Assembly (NCBI GenBank): GCA_030065755.1
Contig: JASJDA010000019.1
Span: 233-64,232, forward strand
DNA: 64,000 bases
Direction: 5' to 3'
Source: Prochloraceae cyanobacterium
Lineage (GTDB): Bacteria > Cyanobacteriota > Cyanobacteriia > Cyanobacteriales > JASJDA01
In this document: positions 18,727-28,357 of the stretch, piece after piece
How positions within the stretch are numbered: position 1 is the stretch's first letter
How the letters are laid out: the number at the start of each line of letters is the position of its first letter
The notes under the pieces: generated by a model
What the model saw: only the letters and a program-made list of their open reading frames with translations
The model's database searches: none
What the model was told of the DNA's origin: nothing
Translations under genes and position numbers: made by a program

Positions 18727-21084
18727 TTATTCGATTGCCGATCGCGGAAAACGACGCACCAAAGCTGGCAAAACAGGACACTGATTTTTCGGTTGTAAAT
18801 TGTTAGGTCGATCGCTTCTAAAAGTATTCCAACGAAATGGCCCCTGTTGCGCTGCAGAAATCCACAGCAAGCGTTTTGCCCTGGTCATAGCCACATATAG
18901 CAAGCGAAATTCTTCTGCTTTTTTCAGTTTTGCTGCTTCTTCCCAAGCGTCTGTGGGCTGGGGTATGGATTTATAATTTTCTCCAGTCTGATATTGAGTG
19001 TGGACGGCAGTGCGAATTTGGGCGCGGGCTACTTCTGAAAGGGTAAAATCGCCTAAAAACTTGGCAGCATTTGGCACCCAAGGTTTGCCAGGAAGTATGT
19101 CTTCATGCAAAAAGGGAATAAAAACGTAATCCCAGTCGAGTCCCTTAGCTTTGTGCATGGTGATAATTGTTATTTGCTTTGGGTGCGTATATCGATCGTC
19201 TGCGTCTTCGGCGACACCTTCAAATCTTTCTGAGCTAACTATTTCTTCTAGGGCAGCTATGATACTTTTGAGAGAAGTATTACCTATAATTTGTCGATAT
19301 ATCCTTTCTGCTAATTTTTCTACTGTAGCTAGTTCCGAACCCGTATACTTTAAAGTCATGCCCAGAAAAGTAATAAGCTGATAGTGGGGCAATTCTATGC
19401 GGGCGCGCAACAGGCTACAACAGTACCTGCTAGCTTGTTTTACGTGGGGTTTCTGAGGAGGATCGATCGGAGTTGGATAGAGAAATTTTTCTGGGTAAGT
19501 AGCAAGGGCGTTGAGGTCTTGAGTAGCTATTAAACTGCGTTTCTCTAAGATTTCTAAGGCAGCTTTGAGGTAATCTGGGGAATGAGGACGATCGAGAAAT
19601 TGTATTAATTTGAGTATTTCTTCGGGAATGTGAGAATGACGTTCTACTTCTCCTACTTCGTAAACATTAATCGAATGTTCTCGCGGTAAAATAGCTAATT
19701 GTTCTGCTAAAAAGCGACCTTGACGGTTTTCCCTCACTAAAATTGCTGCATTGCGATCGGGGTTTTCCTTTAGTAATTCGATCGCTCGCTTTTTAATTAA
19801 CTCAACGGTGTGATAAACATCATAAGGGTTATAAATTTCTAAACCTCTACCTTCTGGTTTGGGGTTGGCATCTGGCTGCGGATCGTCTGGGTCAACAGGA
19901 AGAATATCTTGCACTCGAAAAGGCATTTCAATTGCAGAATCTCCCCCTCTCCCCCTCTCCCCATCTCCCCCTCTCTCCTGCTGGTTAACCCATCTCAGCA
20001 TAAAATTAGCAGCATCGATAATAATTTGACTGCTGCGACCGGCCATATCCATAGTTGACAAGCGACCTCGATCGCTACAAATTTCGCAAAACCAGTTGAA
20101 ATAAATGGGGTCAGCAGGAGTAAAAGTAGAGTTAATTGCTTGGTTGGGATCGCCGACTCGTACTAAATTAGGAGAAGCATCGGGATTATTGGCATCTGTT
20201 GCTAAAGTTCTGAGCAATTTTTCTTGTAGGGGACTAGAATCTTGGGCTTCGTCTTCAAAAACCGCAAATACTTGCTTTTGCCACAATTGCCTGATATGTA
20301 GGTCTTCTAGGACTCGCAAAGCCCCTAAAATCATGTCGTCGTAGTCTATTAAGTCTCGATCGACGGTCAATTTTTGATATTGTTGATATAATTGCGCCCC
20401 TATTGCTAAAATTTCGTATTCGTCATTAGTTTTTTGACTCAATTCCCACACGTCTTCTGGTAGCAAACCAGAACTTTTTGCTTCCCGAATTACTATATGA
20501 GCGAGTTGAGGTAAAATTTCCGTGCGCAATACTGACTGACGGCGCAACCTTTCTGTTTCTTCTCCGTCAAATTGTCTACCTTCGAGTAGTATCTTATATT
20601 TACTAGGAGTAGTAGCAATCCACTTTTCTACACAACTTCTGATGATGCGATGATTGGTAGTTGGGGTTATTAGGGTTGCTGTATCTAAATTTAGTTGTGA
20701 CAAGTCGGGATGGCGACTGGCAATATTTAAGGCTAAACCGTGGAGAGTATGAACTACAAAACCACCAGGGGGGAGCAATAGGTCTTTGAGGCGATCGCGT
20801 ATCTTACTTTTAATACTAGCAGCAGCCGAGCGAGTGTATGTAACTACCACCAGTTGTTTTTTAGGATGGAGTTGATGGCGCGCTATTGCTATTGCTGCGG
20901 CTACTGAGAGACTGTGAGATTTCCCAGCACCTGGGACTGCTGAAACCGCCATTTGTCCCGAGCGCCACTCTGCTAGGCTTTTTTGTCCCGAGCGCAAACT
21001 ATTGGCTAGTTGCTCTAATTTTTCCTCTAGTGGGATGAAATATTCTGGTTTTTCCCCTGAAGGAGATGAAATTATATTAGTCAT
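18727..21084 (-). CDS. UvrD/REP-type superfamily 1 ATP-dependent DNA helicase
   Basis: Walker A AVPGAGKSHSL and DEAQD-type motif FEDEAQDS. C-terminal motifs TMHKAKGLDWDYVFIP and LLYVAMTRAKRLLWIS. ATG at 21084 is preferred. The ORF track extends to a GTG at 21150. Confidence 0.85.
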   Translation of the reverse strand: MTNIISSPSGEKPEYFIPLEEKLEQLANSLRSGQKSLAEWRSGQMAVSAVPGAGKSHSLSVAAAIAIARHQLHPKKQLVVVTYTRSAAASIKSKIRDRLKDLLLPPGGFVVHTLHGLALNIASRHPDLSQLNLDTATLITPTTNHRIIRSCVEKWIATTPSKYKILLEGRQFDGEETERLRRQSVLRTEILPQLAHIVIREAKSSGLLPEDVWELSQKTNDEYEILAIGAQLYQQYQKLTVDRDLIDYDDMILGALRVLEDLHIRQLWQKQVFAVFEDEAQDSSPLQEKLLRTLATDANNPDASPNLVRVGDPNQAINSTFTPADPIYFNWFCEICSDRGRLSTMDMAGRSSQIIIDAANFMLRWVNQQERGGDGERGRGGDSAIEMPFRVQDILPVDPDDPQPDANPKPEGRGLEIYNPYDVYHTVELIKKRAIELLKENPDRNAAILVRENRQGRFLAEQLAILPREHSINVYEVGEVERHSHIPEEILKLIQFLDRPHSPDYLKAALEILEKRSLIATQDLNALATYPEKFLYPTPIDPPQKPHVKQASRYCCSLLRARIELPHYQLITFLGMTLKYTGSELATVEKLAERIYRQIIGNTSLKSIIAALEEIVSSERFEGVAEDADDRYTHPKQITIITMHKAKGLDWDYVFIPFLHEDILPGKPWVPNAAKFLGDFTLSEVARAQIRTAVHTQYQTGENYKSIPQPTDAWEEAAKLKKAEEFRLLYVAMTRAKRLLWISAAQQGPFRWNTFRSDRPNNLQPKNQCPVLPALVRRFPRSAIE
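19939..19978. repeat. C-rich octamer array (complement of NGGGGAGA) inside the helicase CDS
   Basis: Read directly: tctccccc tctccccc tctcccca tctccccc tctctcc. On the coding strand it is translated as GGDGERGRGGD. Confidence 0.85.
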
Positions 21085-21462
21085 CTCGAAATTATACCAA
21101 TTGCGATCGTGCAACTGAGTTAATTTAACTAAACAGAAAAGTTGTGCCACATCTGATGAAAAGCAGATTCAAGGGAGCGCACAAAATTCTCAACCTGAAA
21201 CAGAGGGCCGTTGTACTTATTTGCTTATTTCTTTAATGACAAAGCTACCGAACACTTATTTGGAGAGGGAATTTTACCAGAAGACTTGAATGACACGCCG
21301 CTACGCGGATCTCTTCGAGATCGCATAGGTCGAGTTTTAGATAAATTATATGAGGGGAGCATCCCATTTTGGCAAATATAAAGAAAAAGTGAGCAACTGC
21401 GATCCGCTACAAAGATTTTGCTCAGGTACTTATTGCCACTCCCCCCGTCTCCCACGCCAAAA

Positions 21463-24400
21463 TCACTCAAAAGGAAGATCTGTAATTGCAAACTTTCTCA
21501 TTTCTTCTTGAGGTAAATTATCTTCAACAATTCTAGTTTTTAAACTTCTTACCATTTTTTCATAGAGATTGCGAACTTCTCTAGCGTTGGCAAAATTATG
21601 TCTGCGATTGTGATACCAATTTAGGAATCTTTTCTTTAATAAATTGGAGACATTTTCGGGAACGATCCAACCATCTTTTTCTGCCATCTTCAGAAAGATT
21701 TGATGGAGTTGTTCGCCAGTATAATCGGGGAATTCTATTTTATAGGCAATGCGAGATTCTAAACCAGAATTAACGCTGAGAAAATATTGCATTTCGCGGG
21801 AGTAGCCAGCAAAGATTACCACGAGACGATCGCGATATTTCTCTAATAATGGGACCAAAGTATCGATCGCTTCAATTCCATAAGTATCTCGATCGCTGTT
21901 ATTTAAAGCATAGGCTTCGTCAAGAAACAATACTCCATCTAACGCTAACTCAACTCCTTGTTTGGTTTTAATTGCAGTTTGTCCTTGATACTGTCCCACT
22001 AAGTTAGTTCTATTTACTTCGTAAAATCCTCCTTTTCGGAGCAATCCTAATGCTTTAAAAATTCTGCCAATCAGTCGCGCAACGGTAGTTTTACCCGTAC
22101 CAGGATTGCCAGTAAATAGCATATGTCTAGTTTCACTATCGTGAATTTGATGACCAGCTTCTAGCAATCGCTGGTTTGCTAATTGAGTATTGATCAATTC
22201 TCGAACTGTAATTTTTACCGAATCAAGACCGATTAAACTATCTAGTTCTTGAAGTAAGCTTTCAAGATTTTCTCGATCTGCTAGATTGCTAGCTATTTTA
22301 TATTCTGGAGGAATATCTTCCACGCTCAACGCGAGCATTTTTTCTCCAGAGAGATTATCCCTAACAATGCGACTCTTGAGTCGCCTTACCATTGCTTCAA
22401 ATAGGTTGCGTACGTTGCGAGCATTGGCAAAGTTTTCATCGCGACTAGTGTAAATATTAGCGAAAACTTGCACCAAATAGTCTGATAAATCTGGCGAGCA
22501 AATCCATCCACTATTTTCACACATACTCAAAAAGATTTGTTGCATTTCATCGCCAGTATAGTCAGAGAATTCAATCTGATAAGCAATGCGAGATTCTAAT
22601 CCTGGGTTGGAATTAATTAACTGTCGCATTTGAGGAGCATACCCAGCAAAAATTACGATCGTACGCTGGCGATAATTTTCCATCAGGGAGATGAGAGTAT
22701 TAACTGCTTCTCTACCGTATTCGTCGTTTTCCCCTTGTATTAGAGCATAAGCTTCATCGACAAACAGAATCCCGTCCAGTGCCGATCGCACAGCAGCAGC
22801 AGTCAGCTTAGCAGTATGTCCTTGATATTGACCTACCAGTAAATCTCGTCTAACTTCAACAAACTGTCCTTTTTTTAAGACTCCCAATTCTTTAAATATT
22901 TCTCCCATCAAAGAAGCAACCGTAGTTTTACCCGTACCAGGATTGCCGATAAATACCATGTGACGGGTTTCGGTTTGATCTACTTTCATACCAACAGTTC
23001 GCAGTCGCTGATTGGCTATTTCAGTATCAACTATTTCTTTGACTACCTGTTTGACTGATGACAACCCTACTAAACTATCGAGTTCTTGTAAGAGAATATT
23101 TAAGGATTTGCCGTTTTGAACTTTGCAGTTTTTGACGATCGTATTGTCTTGAGAATCGAGAGATATTGCTAAATCAGCATTGCCAACAATCTCGCAATCT
23201 TCAATTACTCCTTTGCCATTATCTTTGACGGATATTCCATTTCCTTTGTTGTCATATATTTTACTTTTTTTAATAACAGGATCTGCTTCTAAAGTTATAC
23301 TTATTCCTCCTGCTTTATTAGCAAAAACACTGCAATTCTCTATCAATCCTTTTCCTTTTTCTGCTATTGCTATACCTTGTTTTTCTCCATAAATATTGCA
23401 GTTAATAATGGTCGGATCTGCTTCTGAAGTAATACTTATACCTTTATCTTTATTGTCATATATTTCACAGCTATCAATTATTCCTTGCCCTTTATCTGTT
23501 ACTAATATACCGTAGCTTTTTCCTCCATATATTTGACATTTTTTAATAACTGGATTGCCTCCTGAATTTATAGCAACACCTGGATAAGTATTGCCATATA
23601 TTTCACAATTGTCAATTAATCCTTGTCCGTTTTCTGCTATAGATATGCCATTAGTACCGTTATATATTTTGCATCTTTTGACTACTGGATTGCTTCCTGA
23701 AGTAATAGCAATACCTGGATAAGTATTGCCATATATTTCACAATTTTCAATTAATCCTTGCCCGCCATTTGTTATTAGTATTCCATTGGTACCATTATAA
23801 ATTTTGCATTTTAATATTTTAGATTTTGCTTCTGAAGTAATGCCAATTCCTGGATAAGCATTTGCAAAAATATTGCATTCTTCTACGATAACTTTACTAT
23901 TTTCTGCTATCCATATCCCGCTTTTTTCACTGTCATGAATTTGACATCTTCTAATTATTGCTTCACTGCCATGACTGACTATGATATTTGACAAGCGATG
24001 ATTGTAAATTTGGCAATCTTCGACGATTCCACTTGCGCCTCGATCGAATTTAATTCCAGCATCTGGCCCCCCGTATACTTTGGACTTTTTGAGAATAATT
24101 GTGCCACTATTTTCAACTTTCACCCCCACTCCAACAGACGTAGTAATAAAACAATTTTCTAGTACTAAATTACCTTCATTAATACTTATTACACATTGAA
24201 AATTGTCGCCAACACTAGTACGTTTAGCAAGTAGAGAAACATTTTTAACTATAGCTTCAGTAGTTTGCATCTGAAGGCAGCTAGTTCCTAATCCTTCAAT
24301 AGCAACATCTTTCGCCGAGCCATCGCCGACAATTTTTACAGGTTTATTAATAATAATATTTTCTTTATATAATCCAGGTTTGACTCTGATAGTAGTTCCA

Positions 24401-24504
24401 TTACAAGCCAGAGCAAGTGCTTGACTAATTGTTTGAAAATACGACCATCTTTTTTTAGAGACAACTAGCTCAAGCGGAGCTTGACTAGAAAAAGTTTGCA
24501 TCAT
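21463..24504 (-). CDS. Parallel beta-helix repeat protein fused to two tandem CbbX/SpoVK-type AAA+ ATPase modules
   Basis: 1013 aa. Residues ~40-460 are PbH1-type coils (CxIYxNxxxGIxI). Two paralogous AAA+ units each carry GNPGTGKTTVA (Walker A), (L/F)FxDEAYAL (Walker B) and NARxVRNL. Confidence 0.85.
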   Translation of the reverse strand: MMQTFSSQAPLELVVSKKRWSYFQTISQALALACNGTTIRVKPGLYKENIIINKPVKIVGDGSAKDVAIEGLGTSCLQMQTTEAIVKNVSLLAKRTSVGDNFQCVISINEGNLVLENCFITTSVGVGVKVENSGTIILKKSKVYGGPDAGIKFDRGASGIVEDCQIYNHRLSNIIVSHGSEAIIRRCQIHDSEKSGIWIAENSKVIVEECNIFANAYPGIGITSEAKSKILKCKIYNGTNGILITNGGQGLIENCEIYGNTYPGIAITSGSNPVVKRCKIYNGTNGISIAENGQGLIDNCEIYGNTYPGVAINSGGNPVIKKCQIYGGKSYGILVTDKGQGIIDSCEIYDNKDKGISITSEADPTIINCNIYGEKQGIAIAEKGKGLIENCSVFANKAGGISITLEADPVIKKSKIYDNKGNGISVKDNGKGVIEDCEIVGNADLAISLDSQDNTIVKNCKVQNGKSLNILLQELDSLVGLSSVKQVVKEIVDTEIANQRLRTVGMKVDQTETRHMVFIGNPGTGKTTVASLMGEIFKELGVLKKGQFVEVRRDLLVGQYQGHTAKLTAAAVRSALDGILFVDEAYALIQGENDEYGREAVNTLISLMENYRQRTIVIFAGYAPQMRQLINSNPGLESRIAYQIEFSDYTGDEMQQIFLSMCENSGWICSPDLSDYLVQVFANIYTSRDENFANARNVRNLFEAMVRRLKSRIVRDNLSGEKMLALSVEDIPPEYKIASNLADRENLESLLQELDSLIGLDSVKITVRELINTQLANQRLLEAGHQIHDSETRHMLFTGNPGTGKTTVARLIGRIFKALGLLRKGGFYEVNRTNLVGQYQGQTAIKTKQGVELALDGVLFLDEAYALNNSDRDTYGIEAIDTLVPLLEKYRDRLVVIFAGYSREMQYFLSVNSGLESRIAYKIEFPDYTGEQLHQIFLKMAEKDGWIVPENVSNLLKKRFLNWYHNRRHNFANAREVRNLYEKMVRSLKTRIVEDNLPQEEMRKFAITDLPFE
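23194..23877. repeat. About 135-nt (45-aa) tandem coding repeats x5 within the beta-helix region
   Basis: tggataagtattgccatatatttcacaatt occurs at 23581 and again at 23716. At protein level, CEIYGNTYPG(I/V)AI(T/N)SG...C(K/Q)IY(N/G)G repeats. Confidence 0.8.
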
Positions 24505-24658
24505 CGATTCCTCTAATCCCCTGGCGAAAAGTGTAGAAAATGGCTGTTTGTTTTGGTGTAATAGCTGGAAATGCTAAACCAGATCGGATATTTAAGCAGA
24601 CAAAGAAACTATGTCTTCTTTCTTAGCTTAGAGGATGTTGCACGAGGGTGGTTGTCGA

Positions 24659-26071
24659 TTAAAGTTGTAAGCACAATTCTCGAAAGCGATCGCCTCGATG
24701 CTCAAAACTCTGGTATTGGTCAAAGCTAGCACAAGCCGGAGATAATAAAACTACTTTAGCATTTTTATTTCTCGCAAATTCTACTGCTCTACAAACAGCA
24801 TTTTCCATTGTTTCTACAATCTCATAAGACTCATAACCAGATTGTTGCAAACGAACAGCAAAAACAGGTGCGGCTTCACCAATTAATAAAACCCCCGCAG
24901 CTTTAGCTTTAATTGTCTCTATCCAACGGTTGTCATCTCCTTGTTTTGCTTCTCCACCAGCAATTAAAATAACTGGCGCATTTACGGAGGTCAAACCTAC
25001 TTCTGCTGCATCGTAATTGGTGGCTTTACTATCATTGACATAGTCCACTCCAGCACGGGTACAAATATATTCGAGACGATGGGAAACTCCCCCGAAATTG
25101 GCAATAGCAGAGGCGATCGCTTCTTTGTCTATACCTGCTAATTTAGCCGCTGCTACAGCCAGTAATAGGTTTTGCTGATTGTGGACTCCAATCATTTTAA
25201 ACAAAGATATGGGTAAAATTAACTCGCCAAAAGCGACCACCCAACCATCTTCTATATAGACTCCCTTTGCTCGATCGCACTTGAGTCTATCTTTCCCTTT
25301 AACGCTCGTCCAATAAACATTATTCCAGCGATCGCCTACCTTATCCCGCAAGTAGGGATCGTCTCCATTAATGATTTTTTGGGGAGAGCGATCGAGTAAA
25401 GAAGCTTTAATTTGGTAGTATTTTTCTAGGGTTTTGTGGCGAGCGAGGTGATCGGGGGTCAAAGTAGTAAAAATAGCTATCTCTGGCGCTAGTTCGATGG
25501 AAGACTCAATTTGATAGCTACTAATTTCGGCTACGATCCAGTCAAGTTTTTTCTCATCTGCGGTTCGATCGTCTTCTACTTCTTGCCTTCGGTGTAAAGC
25601 TAATTCGCAAGCCGCATAACCAATATTGCCACAGGCAGGAGCATTTAAGCCAGCAGCTTGAAAAATGGCAGCAATTAAAGCAGTGGTGGTAGTTTTACCG
25701 TTAGTTCCCGTAATTCCGACCCAAGGAACTGTTTTGAGATAGCGCCAAGCTAATTCTAATTCCCCGATCGTGTCAATTCCTAAGTTTCTCGCTTCTACTA
25801 ATAGGGGAATGTCCCAGGGAACGCCAGGACTGACTACAATTAAGTCAGGTCGTCCGTCGCGATCGAGAGTAGGTTTGTGAGCCAGTTTAACTGTAACCCC
25901 TTCCGTTGTTAACTGTTGTTGGGATTTTTGTAAGCTTTCATAGTTAGGACGTGCAGCAATACTGTCGATGCTAGCAGAATCGCTCAAAGTAACTTCCCAA
26001 CCATTTCTATTCAATACGGAAGCAGCCGCTATTCCCGATCGTCCCAATCCAATTACCTGCGCTTTTGGCAT
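24659..26071 (-). CDS. murD: UDP-N-acetylmuramoyl-L-alanine--D-glutamate ligase
   Basis: N-terminal Rossmann [13 protein letters not shown]-loop [12 protein letters not shown], and Mur ligase C-terminal domain. 470 aa. Confidence 0.92.
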   Translation of the reverse strand: MPKAQVIGLGRSGIAAASVLNRNGWEVTLSDSASIDSIAARPNYESLQKSQQQLTTEGVTVKLAHKPTLDRDGRPDLIVVSPGVPWDIPLLVEARNLGIDTIGELELAWRYLKTVPWVGITGTNGKTTTTALIAAIFQAAGLNAPACGNIGYAACELALHRRQEVEDDRTADEKKLDWIVAEISSYQIESSIELAPEIAIFTTLTPDHLARHKTLEKYYQIKASLLDRSPQKIINGDDPYLRDKVGDRWNNVYWTSVKGKDRLKCDRAKGVYIEDGWVVAFGELILPISLFKMIGVHNQQNLLLAVAAAKLAGIDKEAIASAIANFGGVSHRLEYICTRAGVDYVNDSKATNYDAAEVGLTSVNAPVILIAGGEAKQGDDNRWIETIKAKAAGVLLIGEAAPVFAVRLQQSGYESYEIVETMENAVCRAVEFARNKNAKVVLLSPACASFDQYQSFEHRGDRFRELCLQL

Positions 26072-26173
26072 AGATATCTATACTAAATATTCTTCATAAA
26101 AGCATAAATATCCTAGCTTCTATTTGAGTTATATTCAAACGATTTAAACTATAAGTGTCTCAAATAGTTTAGA

Positions 26174-26800
26174 TTATTTATACTTACTGCGAATATTTTT
26201 GCGTAATTCTTGCACTGCTTTTCGAGGAGATTCAGCGATCGCCAATTTCTCTATTAAGCCAATATCTAAATCGGGAAGCAAAGTACTTTTCTCTTGTTTT
26301 ACGTAATTTTCTTTGGCTAAAAAATAGATACTAAAGCGATTATTTTTCCAGAGCCAAACTTCTTTTATTCCCAGCCGCTTATAAACTTCTAGAGTATCTA
26401 CTCCCCCACTGGTTACAGATATTTCAATAGCCAGATCGGGAAATTCTTTTTCACTGCCAATACAATAACATTCATCTGGCTCTTTCCCTACTCGACCTTC
26501 TTCTTTACGAAAAGTAGTCGAACCCAAAGGATAGTAGTCAATTTCAGCTTCTTGTAGATAAGCTTCTAACAAAACAGCTATATGTTTCTTGATTTTCTCG
26601 TGAGAGCGACTTGGTGACATAATTACTAAAGTTCCATCTAGATATGATACTCGATATCTAGAACTGTCTCCTAAGCGATCGGCCAGCTTAGAATATTCTT
26701 CCCAAGGTACTGGTGAAATAATACGTCTTTCTTCTGGATCGGTTGCTGTTATTTGGATCTCTTCTAACCCTAAAATCAAAGTATTTGTTGTTGTTAGCAT
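26174..26800 (-). CDS. Uma2-family (DUF820) restriction-endonuclease-like protein
   Basis: YRVSYLDGTLVIMSPSRSHE ... PDLAIEI ... YKRLGIKEVWLW pattern. ATG at 26800 is preferred over the upstream extension. Confidence 0.8.
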   Translation of the reverse strand: MLTTTNTLILGLEEIQITATDPEERRIISPVPWEEYSKLADRLGDSSRYRVSYLDGTLVIMSPSRSHEKIKKHIAVLLEAYLQEAEIDYYPLGSTTFRKEEGRVGKEPDECYCIGSEKEFPDLAIEISVTSGGVDTLEVYKRLGIKEVWLWKNNRFSIYFLAKENYVKQEKSTLLPDLDIGLIEKLAIAESPRKAVQELRKNIRSKYK

Positions 26801-27054
26801 TCTCGCTCGCCTTACTTCATCACCTATACATCTCATGATATCTAAACCTCGTACGATGATGTAATTAAATCGAGGGAAGTAGCAAAACAATCAGCTTTTA
26901 CTATTAATATAAATGTCAACATTTATGCTAATAGTAATTTTTCTGAGGCAATTATTTTTAGATTTTGTTTATACTTTTATTAAAGAGCTTGTGAGATAAT
27001 TAAATCATTCTTGAGGGGCAACTAAATTCTAACATCTATATAGGCGATCTAACT

Positions 27055-27450
27055 ATGAAAAAAGTAATGTTTGTGTGCAAGAAAAATTCCTGTCGATCGC
27101 AAATGGCAGAAGGATTTGCTCGTAAACTAGGAGAAGGTAAAATTAATGTCACCAGTTCCGGTTTAGAAGCTTCTCAGGTCAATCCTACAGCTATTGAAGT
27201 AATGTCGGAACTTAATATCGATATTAGCCAGCAAACTTCTGACCCTCTAAGTAATTTTAAAGCAGAAGATTATGACGTAGTAATTTCTTTGTGCGGTTGT
27301 GGAGTAAATTTACCAGAAGAATGGGTAGTTAGAGAAGTATTTCAAGACTGGCAATTAGACGATCCAGACGGACAACCAATTGAAACTTTTCATCGAGTAA
27401 GAGATGAAGTTAAACAAAGAGTAGAAAAGTTAATTGATGCTGTTGGCTGA
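27055..27450 (+). CDS. arsC: Arsenate reductase, LMW-PTPase fold
   Basis: Catalytic loop VCKKNSCRSQMAEG and downstream Cys pair LCGCG. 131 aa. The last four codons (DAVG) and the stop lie in a heptamer array. Confidence 0.85.
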   Translation: MKKVMFVCKKNSCRSQMAEGFARKLGEGKINVTSSGLEASQVNPTAIEVMSELNIDISQQTSDPLSNFKAEDYDVVISLCGCGVNLPEEWVVREVFQDWQLDDPDGQPIETFHRVRDEVKQRVEKLIDAVG

Positions 27451-27560
27451 TTGCTGTTAGCTGTTGGCTGTTAGCTGATTGCTGTTAGCTGTTGGCTGTT
27501 GGCTGTTGGCTGTTAGCTGTTAGCTGTTGGCTGTTAGCTGTTAGCTGTTGGCTGTTAGCT
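27439..27560. repeat. Tandem heptamer array, GCTGTTR orientation, about 17 units
   Basis: Read directly: gctgttggctgattgctgttagctgttggctgttagctgattgctgttagctgttggctgttggctgttggctgttagctgttagctg... Confidence 0.9.
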
Positions 27561-27577
27561 TTTTGTTTATAATTCTC

Positions 27578-27662
27578 TTCCTCATCTCCCCTATCTCCCT
27601 CATCTCCTCATCTCCCCACACCCCCCCACACCCCCTCTCCCCCTCTCCCCACACCCCCCCCT
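27578..27662. repeat. C-rich 7-8-nt repeat array (complement of the NGGGGAGA family)
   Basis: Read directly: ttcctcatctcccctatctccctcatctcctcatctccccacacccccccacaccccctctccccctctccccacaccccccc. Confidence 0.85.
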
Positions 27663-28234
27663 CATTTAATTTGTTTTGCTAATTCTAACCAAGTAGAAAT
27701 TCCTTTTTTAGTTGGTTGTCCTGTTGGAGTAAATGTCCAAATAGCTCGTTTGTGCTGGGGTCCATAACTAATGTGAATAGGTCTATTTGTCCCGTAAAAA
27801 TAGAGAGAATCAAAAGGCAATTTTTGCGATAAAATCCAATCAACCAGAGTCTTACTATTCAGATTTACTATTAAAAAATCGCAAGCGGCTCCTAAGCGAT
27901 CGCAATAATAGTTACCTTTACTATTAATTTCGCAAGCCATATGCTGGTCTCTGGTGGGGTCAATACGACCGTTTTTAATTCCTGTAACTGGATCTTTTTT
28001 ATTGAGATATTTTTTTAAATCTGGGGAACAAAATCCATAAGTAAGTTTAAATTTCTCTCTACCAAAATTATCTATTATCGGGTCAATAATGAATTTATTT
28101 AGAGCTTTTATTGCGGCGATCGTTTCGGGATTTTTAGGATTAGTATCCAGGCGATCGGCATACTTTTTATAAGTTTTAGTACAAGTGCAAAATTCTTCTA
28201 AAGTTAAGTATTTCCCCAATTTTATTACTGACAT
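27662..28234 (-). CDS. Hypothetical protein (weak peptidase M15-like features)
   Basis: 190-aa ORF. LTLEEFCTC near the N-terminus and DQH...LGAACDF loosely recall zinc D-Ala-D-Ala carboxypeptidase-fold proteins. Not secure. Confidence 0.5.
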   Translation of the reverse strand: MSVIKLGKYLTLEEFCTCTKTYKKYADRLDTNPKNPETIAAIKALNKFIIDPIIDNFGREKFKLTYGFCSPDLKKYLNKKDPVTGIKNGRIDPTRDQHMACEINSKGNYYCDRLGAACDFLIVNLNSKTLVDWILSQKLPFDSLYFYGTNRPIHISYGPQHKRAIWTFTPTGQPTKKGISTWLELAKQIK

Positions 28235-28246
28235 ACTTTGATTAAG

Positions 28247-28305
28247 AGAGGAGGAGTGTGGGGAGTGTGGGGAGATGGGGAGAGGGGGAGATGGGGAGAG
28301 GGGGA
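28247..28305. repeat. G-rich tandem octamer array (NGGGGAGA)
   Basis: Read directly: tgtggggag tgtggggaga tggggaga gggggaga tggggaga gggggaga gggggagt. It is inverted relative to the 27578-27662 array. Confidence 0.9.
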
Positions 28306-28314
28306 GAGGGGGAG

Positions 28315-28346
28315 TAACAAAAAACCTCTGGCCCCTGACCTCTGAC
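28315..28346. repeat. Tandem heptamer array TGACCTC x3-4
   Basis: Read directly: cctctggcccctgacctctgacctctgacctt. Confidence 0.8.
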
Positions 28347-28357
28347 CTCTGACCTTA

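Noticed and set aside
21225-21491. 88-aa minus-strand ORF overlapping the end of the beta-helix-AAA+ gene
   Set aside because: It overlaps the 3' end of a confident CDS in another frame and has odd composition. This is more likely non-coding spacer upstream of the helicase.
8017-28346. The repeat arrays (AACAGCY, NGGGGAGA, TGACCTC) considered as possible CRISPR arrays
   Set aside because: The units are 7-8 nt and directly abutting, with no unique spacers of 25-40 nt. No cas genes are present. They are STRR-like microsatellite arrays.
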